64,000 bases of DNA, from IMG/VR virus record IMGVR_UViG_3300032032_000001, positions 84,365 to 148,364 of that record, one strand, 5' to 3'. This DNA comes from a virus. The number at the start of each line of letters is the position of its first letter. Position 1 is the stretch's first letter. Under the pieces are notes generated by a model that was not told the DNA's origin, did not search any database, and worked only from the letters and a program-made list of their open reading frames with translations. Both the position numbers and the translations under genes were made by a program. This document shows positions 1 through 9,400 of the stretch, piece by piece.

Positions 1-25
1 AGTAGTAGAGGCCGATATTAACTCT

Positions 26-523
26 GTGACTAAAATCTCAGAACTCTTAAAAACCAAGCTTCAAACAAAGCTTGCTTCCCGCCGTGAGGCTGAAAGCGCT
101 GCAATTGAAGAACGTGGCTCTCAGATCGCAGAAAGCGTTCTAGGGAAGCTTCTTGAGTTAAGAGGCGATGTTGACGAGTTGAAGAACGAGTTCAACGACT
201 CTACCCCGGAAGAGGTAGAGGATGTTATTGCTCGGAGCTTCTACTCAGATAATAATGATAATAATATGGATAGCGAGAACGAATCTGACTCAAATGAGGC
301 AGATGGTGAGGCAGCGATCAAGGCAGCAGCCGCAGATCAAAGTCTTGCTGATGTGCTGAATGCAGCACTTGGTACTGACGAACAAACCGATGAGAGTGTC
401 CAAGAGGACACAAAGACCGCTGGGGTTCGTGGTAGCGATGGGTCAACTAAGACCCGTAAGGCGGCCACTACGCTTCTAAAAGAGAAGTTAATGGCCAAAC
501 AAGGTGAGGAGGCACAATCATGA
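26..523 (+). CDS. Putative head scaffold-related protein (acidic, helical)
   Basis: Acidic helical ORF upstream of the capsid genes; assignment is positional only. Confidence 0.4.
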   Translation: MTKISELLKTKLQTKLASRREAESAAIEERGSQIAESVLGKLLELRGDVDELKNEFNDSTPEEVEDVIARSFYSDNNDNNMDSENESDSNEADGEAAIKAAAADQSLADVLNAALGTDEQTDESVQEDTKTAGVRGSDGSTKTRKAATTLLKEKLMAKQGEEAQS

Positions 524-867
524 GCAAACTAACCAAGGAATCAACCCAAGAGGTGTTGTCCCAAGTACCTGAGGCCCTTAGGGCTTTAGTTGACGAGAAC
601 ACCAAGCTCGCATCTGCTTTGGCAGAATATGAGCGCAGGGATAAAGCTGAGGAAATCGTTTCAATGATGGATGCCCGTGGCTTCTCAGACAAAGCAACTC
701 CTTTTAAGAAGAAGGTGGCAGCCCTGTTAGCTTCTAAGAAGGATTTGTCTGTAGTTAAAGAAGCTCTGGCCCTATCCGCACCTGATTTGTCCTTTGCATC
801 ACTCTCCGACGTGCCGGAACATAGAGATGCAACATCCGCCTTCGAGAACTTTCTTCTCGAAGATTAA
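520..867 (+). CDS. Putative scaffold/head protein
   Basis: Helical 115 aa, ATGA overlap with previous gene, C-terminal FENFLLED; lies before capsid genes. Confidence 0.4.
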   Translation: MSKLTKESTQEVLSQVPEALRALVDENTKLASALAEYERRDKAEEIVSMMDARGFSDKATPFKKKVAALLASKKDLSVVKEALALSAPDLSFASLSDVPEHRDATSAFENFLLED

Positions 868-889
868 ACTGTAACTGGAGGAAAATAAA

Positions 890-1471
890 ATGGCATTACA
901 ACCATTAGAAGCCACCAGACGGCGGAGTGTAAGCCCTACCACGTCAACTCTTCACATGCTTGTCGAAGATATTGACTGTAGTGCTTTAACTGCTGCGCCC
1001 GAAGATGGTCAATTTATTGTCGCGGTCTCTAAGACTGGACAGGACGGGGCTGGGCTAACGCTCAACCACGACAACGCTGGATCTGTTGATTCGTTAGGCG
1101 CTGGTCTGTCCATGGTCTGGGGTTCCGCTCAACGGTCTGATCGACAGGCACGAGGAGACGCTCGCGTCCCCGTTATCCGCAAGGGTGGCGGTCGCTTTCG
1201 TACCAAGTGTTTCTTGCGTGACGACAACGATGGTGATCTTTCAACTAAGTACATCGAGGGTGCGGCGTTAACCGTTGCTCCCCCGGCTACGGCGTTGCAA
1301 GGATCTACTGATCGTTTGATGATCACAACCGTCTCGTCTGCTGCTGGCAACGACAACTGTTGGGTTATTGGTTACTGCATCCGCGTAATCACTGATTCGA
1401 TTGTTTCCGGAACCGGCGAAATCGAGTTTTACCTGTACGACCAACCACGTCTCGTCCAGACGGACGACTAA
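890..1471 (+). CDS. Putative capsid decoration/cement protein
   Basis: Beta-rich 193 aa immediately upstream of the major capsid gene, strong SD GGAGG. Confidence 0.5.
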   Translation: MALQPLEATRRRSVSPTTSTLHMLVEDIDCSALTAAPEDGQFIVAVSKTGQDGAGLTLNHDNAGSVDSLGAGLSMVWGSAQRSDRQARGDARVPVIRKGGGRFRTKCFLRDDNDGDLSTKYIEGAALTVAPPATALQGSTDRLMITTVSSAAGNDNCWVIGYCIRVITDSIVSGTGEIEFYLYDQPRLVQTDD

Positions 1472-1483
1472 AGGAGGATAATC

Positions 1484-2680
1484 ATGTCTAGTGTACCTAG
1501 CGAAGTCCTCAACGAGTTGTTTGTAAGCAAACTCGATTCTGAGGCTGGAAAAGAAAAGATCGCTGCTCTTGGTGGCGATTACATTAAAGATCGTTTGCGT
1601 GAGGAGAGCTTTGCTCGCAAAATTCTTCCCCCGAAGACGGTTTCACGCTCTGACCTTCAGGTCAGTGTTAGTCACGATACCCTGGTTAAGATCGTAGAGG
1701 TCGAACCCCAGAGCCGTGCCATGAGTATGTCTTTCCGAGGTCAGCCCTCGGTTAAGTACTACACTGGTCCGCGCTTTGAGGTGCCCTTCCACACGGTGGG
1801 CTCCGAGCGATACGAGCAGACTGAGCAGGAGTTGATGGCATACACGATGCCTATTACGGAGATCATCCGTCGTAACATCGTGAACGACATCCAAGAGGTT
1901 GAGGACACTGTGTTCTTGAGCCACATGGAGTCGGCATGTCAATCGCTTCAGCAGGATGCACAGGATCTTGTCTTTGGTGCTGATTACGCGGCAAACGTTT
2001 CTTTCACTGCAAAGAACGTTAACGCAAACAGCGTCCCTGAGATTGGTAAGTGTAAGGGTGTTGATGTCCTTCAAAACGCGGACGCTGGCTTAGCCGACGG
2101 TCTCGCAAACGACGAGGACCTTGCGTTCCCCGTCCAGAAGGATGACTTCATTAAGTTGTTCCAACTCTTCACGGGCTCGGGTAACCGAGGTTCGCGTCTG
2201 CGTTGTGATCAATTCCTGATGACTGATACCGATTTTGAAGATCTTAACGCTTGGGTCCATGCGGACATGGGTGAGAAGATTGTCGGTGAGACTACTGTTG
2301 ACGGGTACAAGTACTCTACGGTTATTGGCCGTAAGTTTGTTCGTACCTTGAAGACGGACATTCTCCGCCCCGGCAATATCTACGCCTTTGCTGCCGCTGA
2401 GTACCTTGGTGGCTTCTTGCTTCTCAACAAGACGAAGTTCTACGCTGATAAAGAGCGTAACCGAGTCTCGTTCGAGGCGTGGGAAGATATCGGCATGTAC
2501 ATCGGCAACGTTGCTGGTGTCCGTAAGCTTGAATTGTATGCAGGTTCTGTTGAGACCGTTACTGCGACTCCCAACACGAACACGCGTGCTGCTCGCTTGC
2601 CTGTTGATGAAACCGATCTCGGTAAGAAGAACAACCTCGTCGAGGAAGGCCAGACCTTCCCCGCCGTAACGTCCTTCTAA
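1484..2680 (+). CDS. Major capsid protein (HK97-fold, putative)
   Basis: 398 aa, SD AGGAGG, strongly biased codon usage, followed by a hairpin; segments such as IVNDIQEVED and EAWEDIGMYIGN fit HK97-type capsid proteins; position in head module. Confidence 0.75.
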   Translation: MSSVPSEVLNELFVSKLDSEAGKEKIAALGGDYIKDRLREESFARKILPPKTVSRSDLQVSVSHDTLVKIVEVEPQSRAMSMSFRGQPSVKYYTGPRFEVPFHTVGSERYEQTEQELMAYTMPITEIIRRNIVNDIQEVEDTVFLSHMESACQSLQQDAQDLVFGADYAANVSFTAKNVNANSVPEIGKCKGVDVLQNADAGLADGLANDEDLAFPVQKDDFIKLFQLFTGSGNRGSRLRCDQFLMTDTDFEDLNAWVHADMGEKIVGETTVDGYKYSTVIGRKFVRTLKTDILRPGNIYAFAAAEYLGGFLLLNKTKFYADKERNRVSFEAWEDIGMYIGNVAGVRKLELYAGSVETVTATPNTNTRAARLPVDETDLGKKNNLVEEGQTFPAVTSF

Positions 2681-2691
2681 TTTGCCCTCGT

Positions 2692-2726
2692 GGGGGTGCC
2701 CCTGGCTTCGGCTGGGGGCACCTTCC
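2692..2726 (+). terminator. Hairpin after major capsid gene
   Basis: GGGGGTGCCCCTGGC-TTCG-GCTGGGGGCACCTTCC followed by T-rich sequence. Confidence 0.7.
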
Positions 2727-2752
2727 ACTTACTTTATTTGGAGGTAATAAAG

Positions 2753-3313
2753 ATGCCTTACATCATCAAAGCATTAATTGGCGGTCGAAGAGACCCGCTA
2801 CACAAGCCCAAAAAGGGCGGTAGGCATTTGTCCCCTGCCTCTCGACGCGCATATGGGCGCTTGACAATTGGGAACAGAACTATCAAACGCGGAAAACAGA
2901 TTTCCGTAAGTGACGATGTCTATGATCAATTTAAGACTAAGATTGACGCACTCGCTGAGAGCGGAATCATTGCTCTTACCAAGACAGGTCACACTAAGGA
3001 TGGGTGGAAACAAGAACAGCTCCACGCACCAGCGCCCCCTGCTCACGCCCCTGAGCCACCCGCTCCAGAGGTTAAAGAAGAAGAGCCTACACGGGGTGTA
3101 ATTGAAATCGATATGTCTCCAGCTGACGAGCCAGTAGAGGAGCCCGTTGTTGTGGCTGCCCCTGAGCCGGAGCCAGAAGAGCCGAAGGCCGAAGAGCCCG
3201 CCCCAAATAAGCGTGCATCTAAGAAGGTATTGGCTAAGGAAGACAAAACTGAAGAGGCACCTGCCGAAAAGCCAAAGAGACGTGGTCGAAGAAAAAGCAA
3301 GAAGGATGACTAA
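2753..3313 (+). CDS. Virion-associated protein with Pro/Glu/Lys-rich tail
   Basis: GGAGG SD before ATG 2753; small globular domain plus low-complexity tail. Confidence 0.55.
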   Translation: MPYIIKALIGGRRDPLHKPKKGGRHLSPASRRAYGRLTIGNRTIKRGKQISVSDDVYDQFKTKIDALAESGIIALTKTGHTKDGWKQEQLHAPAPPAHAPEPPAPEVKEEEPTRGVIEIDMSPADEPVEEPVVVAAPEPEPEEPKAEEPAPNKRASKKVLAKEDKTEEAPAEKPKRRGRRKSKKDD

Positions 3314-3571
3314 ATGTATATTCGAAGCGAAAGAAAGGCTTGGAATATCGAAGGAACCTACTTGATTCCTGGAGCCACCATGTCCATCGATCAGGCAACG
3401 TTGAGTAAATATCAGCGTCTGGTCGATAGGGGTGACTTGGTTGTGTTTGAGAGAGACCCAAACGCAAAGAAGGTAGCTGCTAAGCCTACGGTGGAGGTCC
3501 CTCCTGAGAAGGAGCCTAAGCCTAAGGCAAAGAGAAAAAGAAGCACTAAGAAGAAGGTAACTGATGCCTAA
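3314..3571 (+). CDS. Small protein resembling the globular domain of the previous gene
   Basis: WNIEGTYLIPGATMSID...LVDRGDLVV resembles LTIGNRTIKRGKQISVS...LAESGIIAL; Lys-rich tail. Confidence 0.5.
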   Translation: MYIRSERKAWNIEGTYLIPGATMSIDQATLSKYQRLVDRGDLVVFERDPNAKKVAAKPTVEVPPEKEPKPKAKRKRSTKKKVTDA

Positions 3572-4097
3572 TGATCCTCTAAAGCCTAGCGGTGATGCGC
3601 ACGGAATCGATGCGTCTGCGAAAAAGGGATTGCCAGAGAAGCTGGTAAATCTCATCGCACTGATCCGCGCAAAGCTTAGGGATTATCCGGAACTCAATCG
3701 CCTTATTGAAGGTAACGAAACCTCTGATAGAGAGATCGCGTTTGCGATCATGGAAGCAATTGACGACTTCAACACATCTCCCCCACTTATCGGGCAGTTT
3801 GGGTTGGAGAACTTTCCGTCTACCTCCCTTCTTATCAGAGGCTCTATTATCAACGTGCTTGAGTCTGTCGGCTTACTACAGACACGTAACCAAATGAACT
3901 ATTCAGACGGACAAGGCTTACAAGTTGGTGTCTCTGACAAAGCTCCCATGCTCATGAACTGGATTAATCTCTATACGAACCAGTATGAGCAGAAGAAGTT
4001 TCGTCTTAAACAGGCAATCAATCTTGGCGGAGCTTTGAACGGCTCAGCGGTACCTTCCGAGTATGTGCTCGTGAATGGGTACTTTGATGATCTGTAG
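3564..4097 (+). CDS. Head-tail adaptor/neck protein (putative)
   Basis: Helical 177 aa downstream of capsid, AIDDFN and YSDG segments; positional. Confidence 0.55.
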   Translation: MPNDPLKPSGDAHGIDASAKKGLPEKLVNLIALIRAKLRDYPELNRLIEGNETSDREIAFAIMEAIDDFNTSPPLIGQFGLENFPSTSLLIRGSIINVLESVGLLQTRNQMNYSDGQGLQVGVSDKAPMLMNWINLYTNQYEQKKFRLKQAINLGGALNGSAVPSEYVLVNGYFDDL

Positions 4098-4108
4098 GAG
4101 ATACTGAT

Positions 4109-4537
4109 ATGGCACAGATTCCAAATAAGAAGCTTGAGATTCTGAATTTCGGTCAACCAGTTCCGCTCGCGGACAACGGGACCGAAGTTATTAAAATCCC
4201 AGACTCACACCTTTACACGAACTTCTCCCTTACCTTGGGCACGCTTACCAATGTAGCTGTCACAGTTTCGGGCCTTGTTTCTGGATCAACTGAGCCTGGG
4301 GTCGCCGCCCCCGGAGCCAACGTAGGCTCTAAAGAGATTGTGCTCATCGGCGGATCCACAACGAACAACGAAGTTGATGTAAAGCCTCAGAAGAACCAAA
4401 CGTCCACCTGGGCCCTAAGCACTCCTTTTCCGGGAGGTGTAGAGGTCACAGTTGTAAACACTACCGGTGGAAATGTCGTGCTCAATTTAGCAGTGATGAT
4501 GTCTGGGTCTCTGTATAGCTCGGGGAGGAACTCATGA
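4109..4537 (+). CDS. Beta-rich virion protein
   Basis: SD AGGAG, jelly-roll-like composition, in structural block. Confidence 0.45.
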   Translation: MAQIPNKKLEILNFGQPVPLADNGTEVIKIPDSHLYTNFSLTLGTLTNVAVTVSGLVSGSTEPGVAAPGANVGSKEIVLIGGSTTNNEVDVKPQKNQTSTWALSTPFPGGVEVTVVNTTGGNVVLNLAVMMSGSLYSSGRNS

Positions 4538-4896
4538 ACCCATTCGACACTTTGGCCGAGAGTAACACCGACGACAACTACCTTGCGCGTGTTGAGTTCT
4601 TCTTAAGCCTTAAGGAAAAGATCGGAAGTGTTTCGTCCGTCAAATCTATCGCTAAGGATGAGGTTAAGGCCCTTCTTAAATCTAAAGGCGTCGGCAGCGC
4701 CAAGCTCAGAAGCGCACTTTCTGGGAAGATGAACAAGCCTAAAGACATCCCAGGGTTCTCCAAGAAGCTTGGGCCCAAGTCTGATGTAAAAGTCAAAAGC
4801 ACCAAGATCAAGAGCCCCGACAAAGTTAAAGCACCCAAGAGTGAGGCTAAGCAGAAGCTAGTCTCCGCGCTTAAGAGACTAAAGGCGGGGATCTAG
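4534..4896 (+). CDS. Lys-rich protein, possible internal head protein
   Basis: Very basic C-terminal two thirds. Confidence 0.45.
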   Translation: MNPFDTLAESNTDDNYLARVEFFLSLKEKIGSVSSVKSIAKDEVKALLKSKGVGSAKLRSALSGKMNKPKDIPGFSKKLGPKSDVKVKSTKIKSPDKVKAPKSEAKQKLVSALKRLKAGI

Positions 4897-5792
4897 TGAT
4901 CAAAGTCTCGGACATACGGGTACGCAGCTTTAATGTTGATTACCTAGATATCTATTGGGATATCGAGCCCGCGTTCGAAGACTTGAATAACTATGAGTTT
5001 GTTGTAGAGCGCTCCGAGAACGAATTCGGTCCGTACGAGCCGCTTACAGGGCCCATCATTGACAAGTATCACATAAGAGATATTACCCTTCGTGGCCGAT
5101 TTACATATTACACGAAAATATACTATCGTGTCCGTGTTAGTAATCGCGAAACGGGGGAGAGCTTAGTATATCCTGAGACTGGTGGCTCGAAGTTAGCCGC
5201 TAAGCCGGATTTAGCCGCTCTAGAGATGGCAAGACTTAACAACCTAAGACTGAAAGAGTTTTCCGGAAGGAAGCTGTGGATCTTCCCAAAAAGAAAGATG
5301 GGGCAGCGGTGTAGTATCTGCTGGGACCAGACATCTGGGAGAAAGCTTAGGTCACAATGCCCCAACTGTTTCGATACTACATGGGTCGGGGGTTATCATG
5401 CCCCTGTTGAGACCTACGGCTTAATTGCCACACCAAACGAGCAGACTATCCACGCGAACTTCGGAAACGTGGAAAATGAGAACACTTCATTTAATCTGGG
5501 AAACTTCCCTGAGTTGTTTGAGGGCGATCTCGTCGTGGAGGCCGAAAACGTCCGATGGCGTGTGGCCTCCTCCGTGTCTAAAGTAAAGAAATCTCGTTCG
5601 TTGGTACGACAACAGGCTGCTTTGCATAGAATACCTAAAGGGGATATCGAATATAGAATTCCTCTTAACCTCTCCGATGAAGAGATCAGCATTTTGACTG
5701 CTTCCCCGGAAAGGAATTATACAAACCCCCAGACAATGTCTGAGGCTAAATTGTCTAATGTGTTAACCGACGTTTTTGGAAATAGATCTTAG
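4896..5792 (+). CDS. Neck/head-closure protein with FN3-like N-terminus and Zn finger (putative)
   Basis: IYWD...YEFVVERSE...YYRVR FN3-like pattern; CSIC...CPNC...GGY. Confidence 0.55.
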   Translation: MIKVSDIRVRSFNVDYLDIYWDIEPAFEDLNNYEFVVERSENEFGPYEPLTGPIIDKYHIRDITLRGRFTYYTKIYYRVRVSNRETGESLVYPETGGSKLAAKPDLAALEMARLNNLRLKEFSGRKLWIFPKRKMGQRCSICWDQTSGRKLRSQCPNCFDTTWVGGYHAPVETYGLIATPNEQTIHANFGNVENENTSFNLGNFPELFEGDLVVEAENVRWRVASSVSKVKKSRSLVRQQAALHRIPKGDIEYRIPLNLSDEEISILTASPERNYTNPQTMSEAKLSNVLTDVFGNRS

Positions 5793-5793
5793 A

Positions 5794-6414
5794 ATGACTG
5801 CTTTAGCGAACGAAACCACCTTTGTGCTGCCTGACGACCGACTGGTCGTAGCAACACGTGCGTGGATTATCTTCCTACAAGGCTTATTTAAAGGTCGTCC
5901 TGCCGGTTTTCATAAGTGGTCTCCCAATATTGATGAGACTGAGATTATAATTACAGATCAGAACCCCTCTCATATCGAGAGCACGAACAATAGACCGATT
6001 ATTTGTACAGCAAGAGGTCCAGCAACATGGTCAGGAACTTCATTAAGCCAAGCGATGCAGCCAGTGTTTCATTCGCCAGCCAAGGTGATGTCCGACATGA
6101 TGGGGACTTCGATGACACTTAGTGTGGTTGCCAGGGAAGGGTTAGAAGCCCAGAGTCTGGCATACTTGATTTTTAGAATGATACCTATCTTTAAGCCGCA
6201 GATTATGCGATTGGGAAGAATGCACGCGATTGGTAATAATATTACCTTGACCCAGGAAACCCAAATGGGACAAATTGTCCCTGGCTCGTCTACACCTGAA
6301 TGGAAAATGGTCCAGTTAATGATTCCATTTTATATACAGGATGTAATATCGGCAGATGAGAAGGACTTCTACTCAATGGTGCAAGCTGTTAACCTACATA
6401 TGGGTTTGGGATAG
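5794..6414 (+). CDS. Tail terminator/completion protein (putative)
   Basis: Directly upstream of tail sheath; RPIICTARG segment. Confidence 0.5.
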   Translation: MTALANETTFVLPDDRLVVATRAWIIFLQGLFKGRPAGFHKWSPNIDETEIIITDQNPSHIESTNNRPIICTARGPATWSGTSLSQAMQPVFHSPAKVMSDMMGTSMTLSVVAREGLEAQSLAYLIFRMIPIFKPQIMRLGRMHAIGNNITLTQETQMGQIVPGSSTPEWKMVQLMIPFYIQDVISADEKDFYSMVQAVNLHMGLG

Positions 6415-6438
6415 CAAACCGACAGGAGTAATAAAGAA

Positions 6439-9400
6439 ATGGCAACGCTTACTCGTCCAGGCGTCGAAATCGCACAAGAAATTACTGCGGGTGCGCCGAC
6501 AATATTGACCCCAACTTTGGTTCCGTGCCTAGTTGGGCCTTGTTTTCAAATCGTCTCCCCTCTGACCGAGGATGGTGCTTTGAACACCGGGGCTATCGTT
6601 TCGGTAGCCGCCCTTGTTCAGAGTGATCAACCGCTTCCAGCGGCCCTGAGTTTATCAGGTCGTTCGATGCAGATTAAGGTCAACAATGGGCAGGTGCAAA
6701 CCATCAACTTCCCAGTGACTATTAACGGCGAGGCAATCGACCACGCATTAACTGTTAATACGATCAACAAGCAGCTCACGGGCGCTGTTGCGGAAATCGT
6801 TGGTGATAAGCTCAACATCCGGACCAACTCAAAGGGTTCCAGTCAGAGTATTGAGTTAATCAATATTGCTGACCCAAATGTTGAGGCATATTCACTCTTA
6901 GAGATTAACCAACTTGTTGGTGTGGTTGTTACTGGCCAGAGCCAGTACACTAATATCTCTTACACTGTCCCCTACTCCAGTTTTCCGTCTCCGATGGCTT
7001 CCGTGGACGAGGTAGTCATTACAGACGAAAACACTAAGATGTACCGATACTTCGGTGGGACTCTTAGAGAATTCTCTGAGGATAGTGCAATTAATACGAA
7101 CGCTTACGCGTGGAACGTTATGCAGGTTGCTGACCATACGGTCGCCTCCGCACATAGCCCCGCGTTTGGAGACTCTAAGTCTTGGATGTTCGGCAAGGTT
7201 AAGGCTGGGTCTAAGACAGACACCATGCAGCACCTTGGTTCCGATGCCTACCTAGAGTTCCCCCTCTGCCATGATGTGGCCCCTGATGGAGGCTCCCTCG
7301 GAGTAATGACCCAGTGGCCAGACCCCCGTGGAAAGAACAAGATTGTTCTCCACGCTAAGGGTATGAGTGACTACACGAGCAGCGGAATTCTCTCTTCTAT
7401 GGGGACTGCCGCAAGTCTTGGTAATGCTGGTAATAATCTTTCGCTAACCATGTCGCACAACGCTGGTCTTGGTGATGGCGCTACGGTTGTTTATACGCCG
7501 GGTACCGGTCTAGAAGTGACCGTTTCCGACGACACCACTTTCGCCACGTTGGCTGCTGCTATTGCTGCATCGCCATCCTTGGCTGACGCCTCGGGCGAGA
7601 TGTCCGTAACGCTGGAAAGTGATGTGGACGACCCTGCCGTAGCAACTGTGCGTAATTTCACCGCAGGTAACCCTGCTGGAGCACCTTGGAACAACGCCAA
7701 CACGTGTTCCCTTAACCTTTCTTACGGTTCTGACCCTGTTGACTTTAGCATCGACGCTCCAGTCGCTGAGGGTTGTGGCCAAGGTGAGGCTAACAACGAG
7801 AACCTCTCGCAGGCACATGTTTGTGGCGCTGTTCCAATCGGCGGCGGCGACACGGCAACCGACCTAGGCATCGCTGGGGAGACCATTAGTGTCTCTATCG
7901 ACGGTGGCGCAGCTGTCTCCCATACCTTTATTGGTGGGGACCCTGTTATTGGTGGTCTGAACACCGCCCTGACTGGGGTAGGTACTGCGACGCAGGTTGG
8001 TTATGCCTTAAGCAATGATATTGGCGAGACTTTTCAGCCTATCCGAATCACCTCTGTCTCAGACAACGGGCACGACTCTACTATTGAAATCTCCGCAGAT
8101 AACGCACTTGTTATCCAGAGACTGTTTAGTGGTTCGGCCTCCGGTTCTGGCTCAGCCGCCCCGGCTGCTCAGACTGCCGCTCTGAATGAAGATCGTGGCG
8201 GGCTCCTTACCTCTGCTGCGTACAACGCTGTCACTGGGCAGAATGAGTCGGTCAACCAGCGAGCCTTGGTTCCTGGTAGCGTGACGATTCAAATCGACGG
8301 AGCCGTCGCCATTGGCTGTATCGCGGGAATCGGTGACGATACCTGTAACGCCACCGCTGGTAACGCAGCCGCTACTGTTAATATTGAGGTTGACGGCGGA
8401 GCGACCAGTTTTGACGTTAATATGCCCGCTGGCGGATGGCCGGGAGACCCGGGCGCTGCCGCCGCTGCTATGCAGGCGGGAATTGTTGCCGCCGGTGGTG
8501 GCTTAGATTCCCAGATCTGTGCTTCAGAGCACGCGGGAACTGTTGTCATCTCCAGGTTCTCCGGCAATGTTGGCGACTCTATCGCCATCCTCAGTACCGG
8601 TGACGCTGATCTTGCTGCGTACTTTGCGAACACGGATGTGACATCCACTTGCGAAGCAACCTCCATCACTCTTAGGGACTCTGGCGCAAGCCCTGCGTTC
8701 CGAGTTGAATGTACGGCTGCCTCCACTGGATCTCAGATTGGTGTAGCTGGAACTCTTGATGAGTGGGTTATGGGTGGAGCGGAGGCCGACAATACTGGTA
8801 GAGCCGCGACACAGATCAACTACTCCTCGGGTGACATTAACTTCGCTTTTGCTGGTGACGATTTCGCGGGCGCTTACGCCGATGCACATCCGATTACCAT
8901 GAAGCTCGGTGCCGCACCTAGCGCTACGGTTACTTACAACCGATCTTGGGCCAATACGGTTCAAGCGGCTAAGCAGGGGTATACCGGAAAGCTTCATCAC
9001 GGTCAGAGCAACAGAACGATTCTCTCCGACTTTGTTTCACACGATGGCAATGTCCTTGGTCGCGTTTCTGCGATTGAAGACTTCGCTGCTGGGGGTGCTA
9101 CTTTTAGTGGAGCCCAGGTTGTCCTTTCTGAGTTCGCTCTGGACAACAAGCAGCTCTCTAACAAGTGGTACATGACTGCTGACGGCGTAGTTGCCGGATC
9201 TGTTGACAACCCACGTGTTGAGCCTGAGGCAAGCGGAAACGATCTTGAGCAGATCTACACTCTGAAGCACGCTCTTAACCGAGACTCTTCGGGCGTAGCG
9301 ATCTCCGGAGGCGCAGACATCTATGTTGACTACAGCGCTCTCCGAAGAGACGTTACAGGATCTGCTGCGGACCCAGGATTATTAGTCTTTAATAGTATTG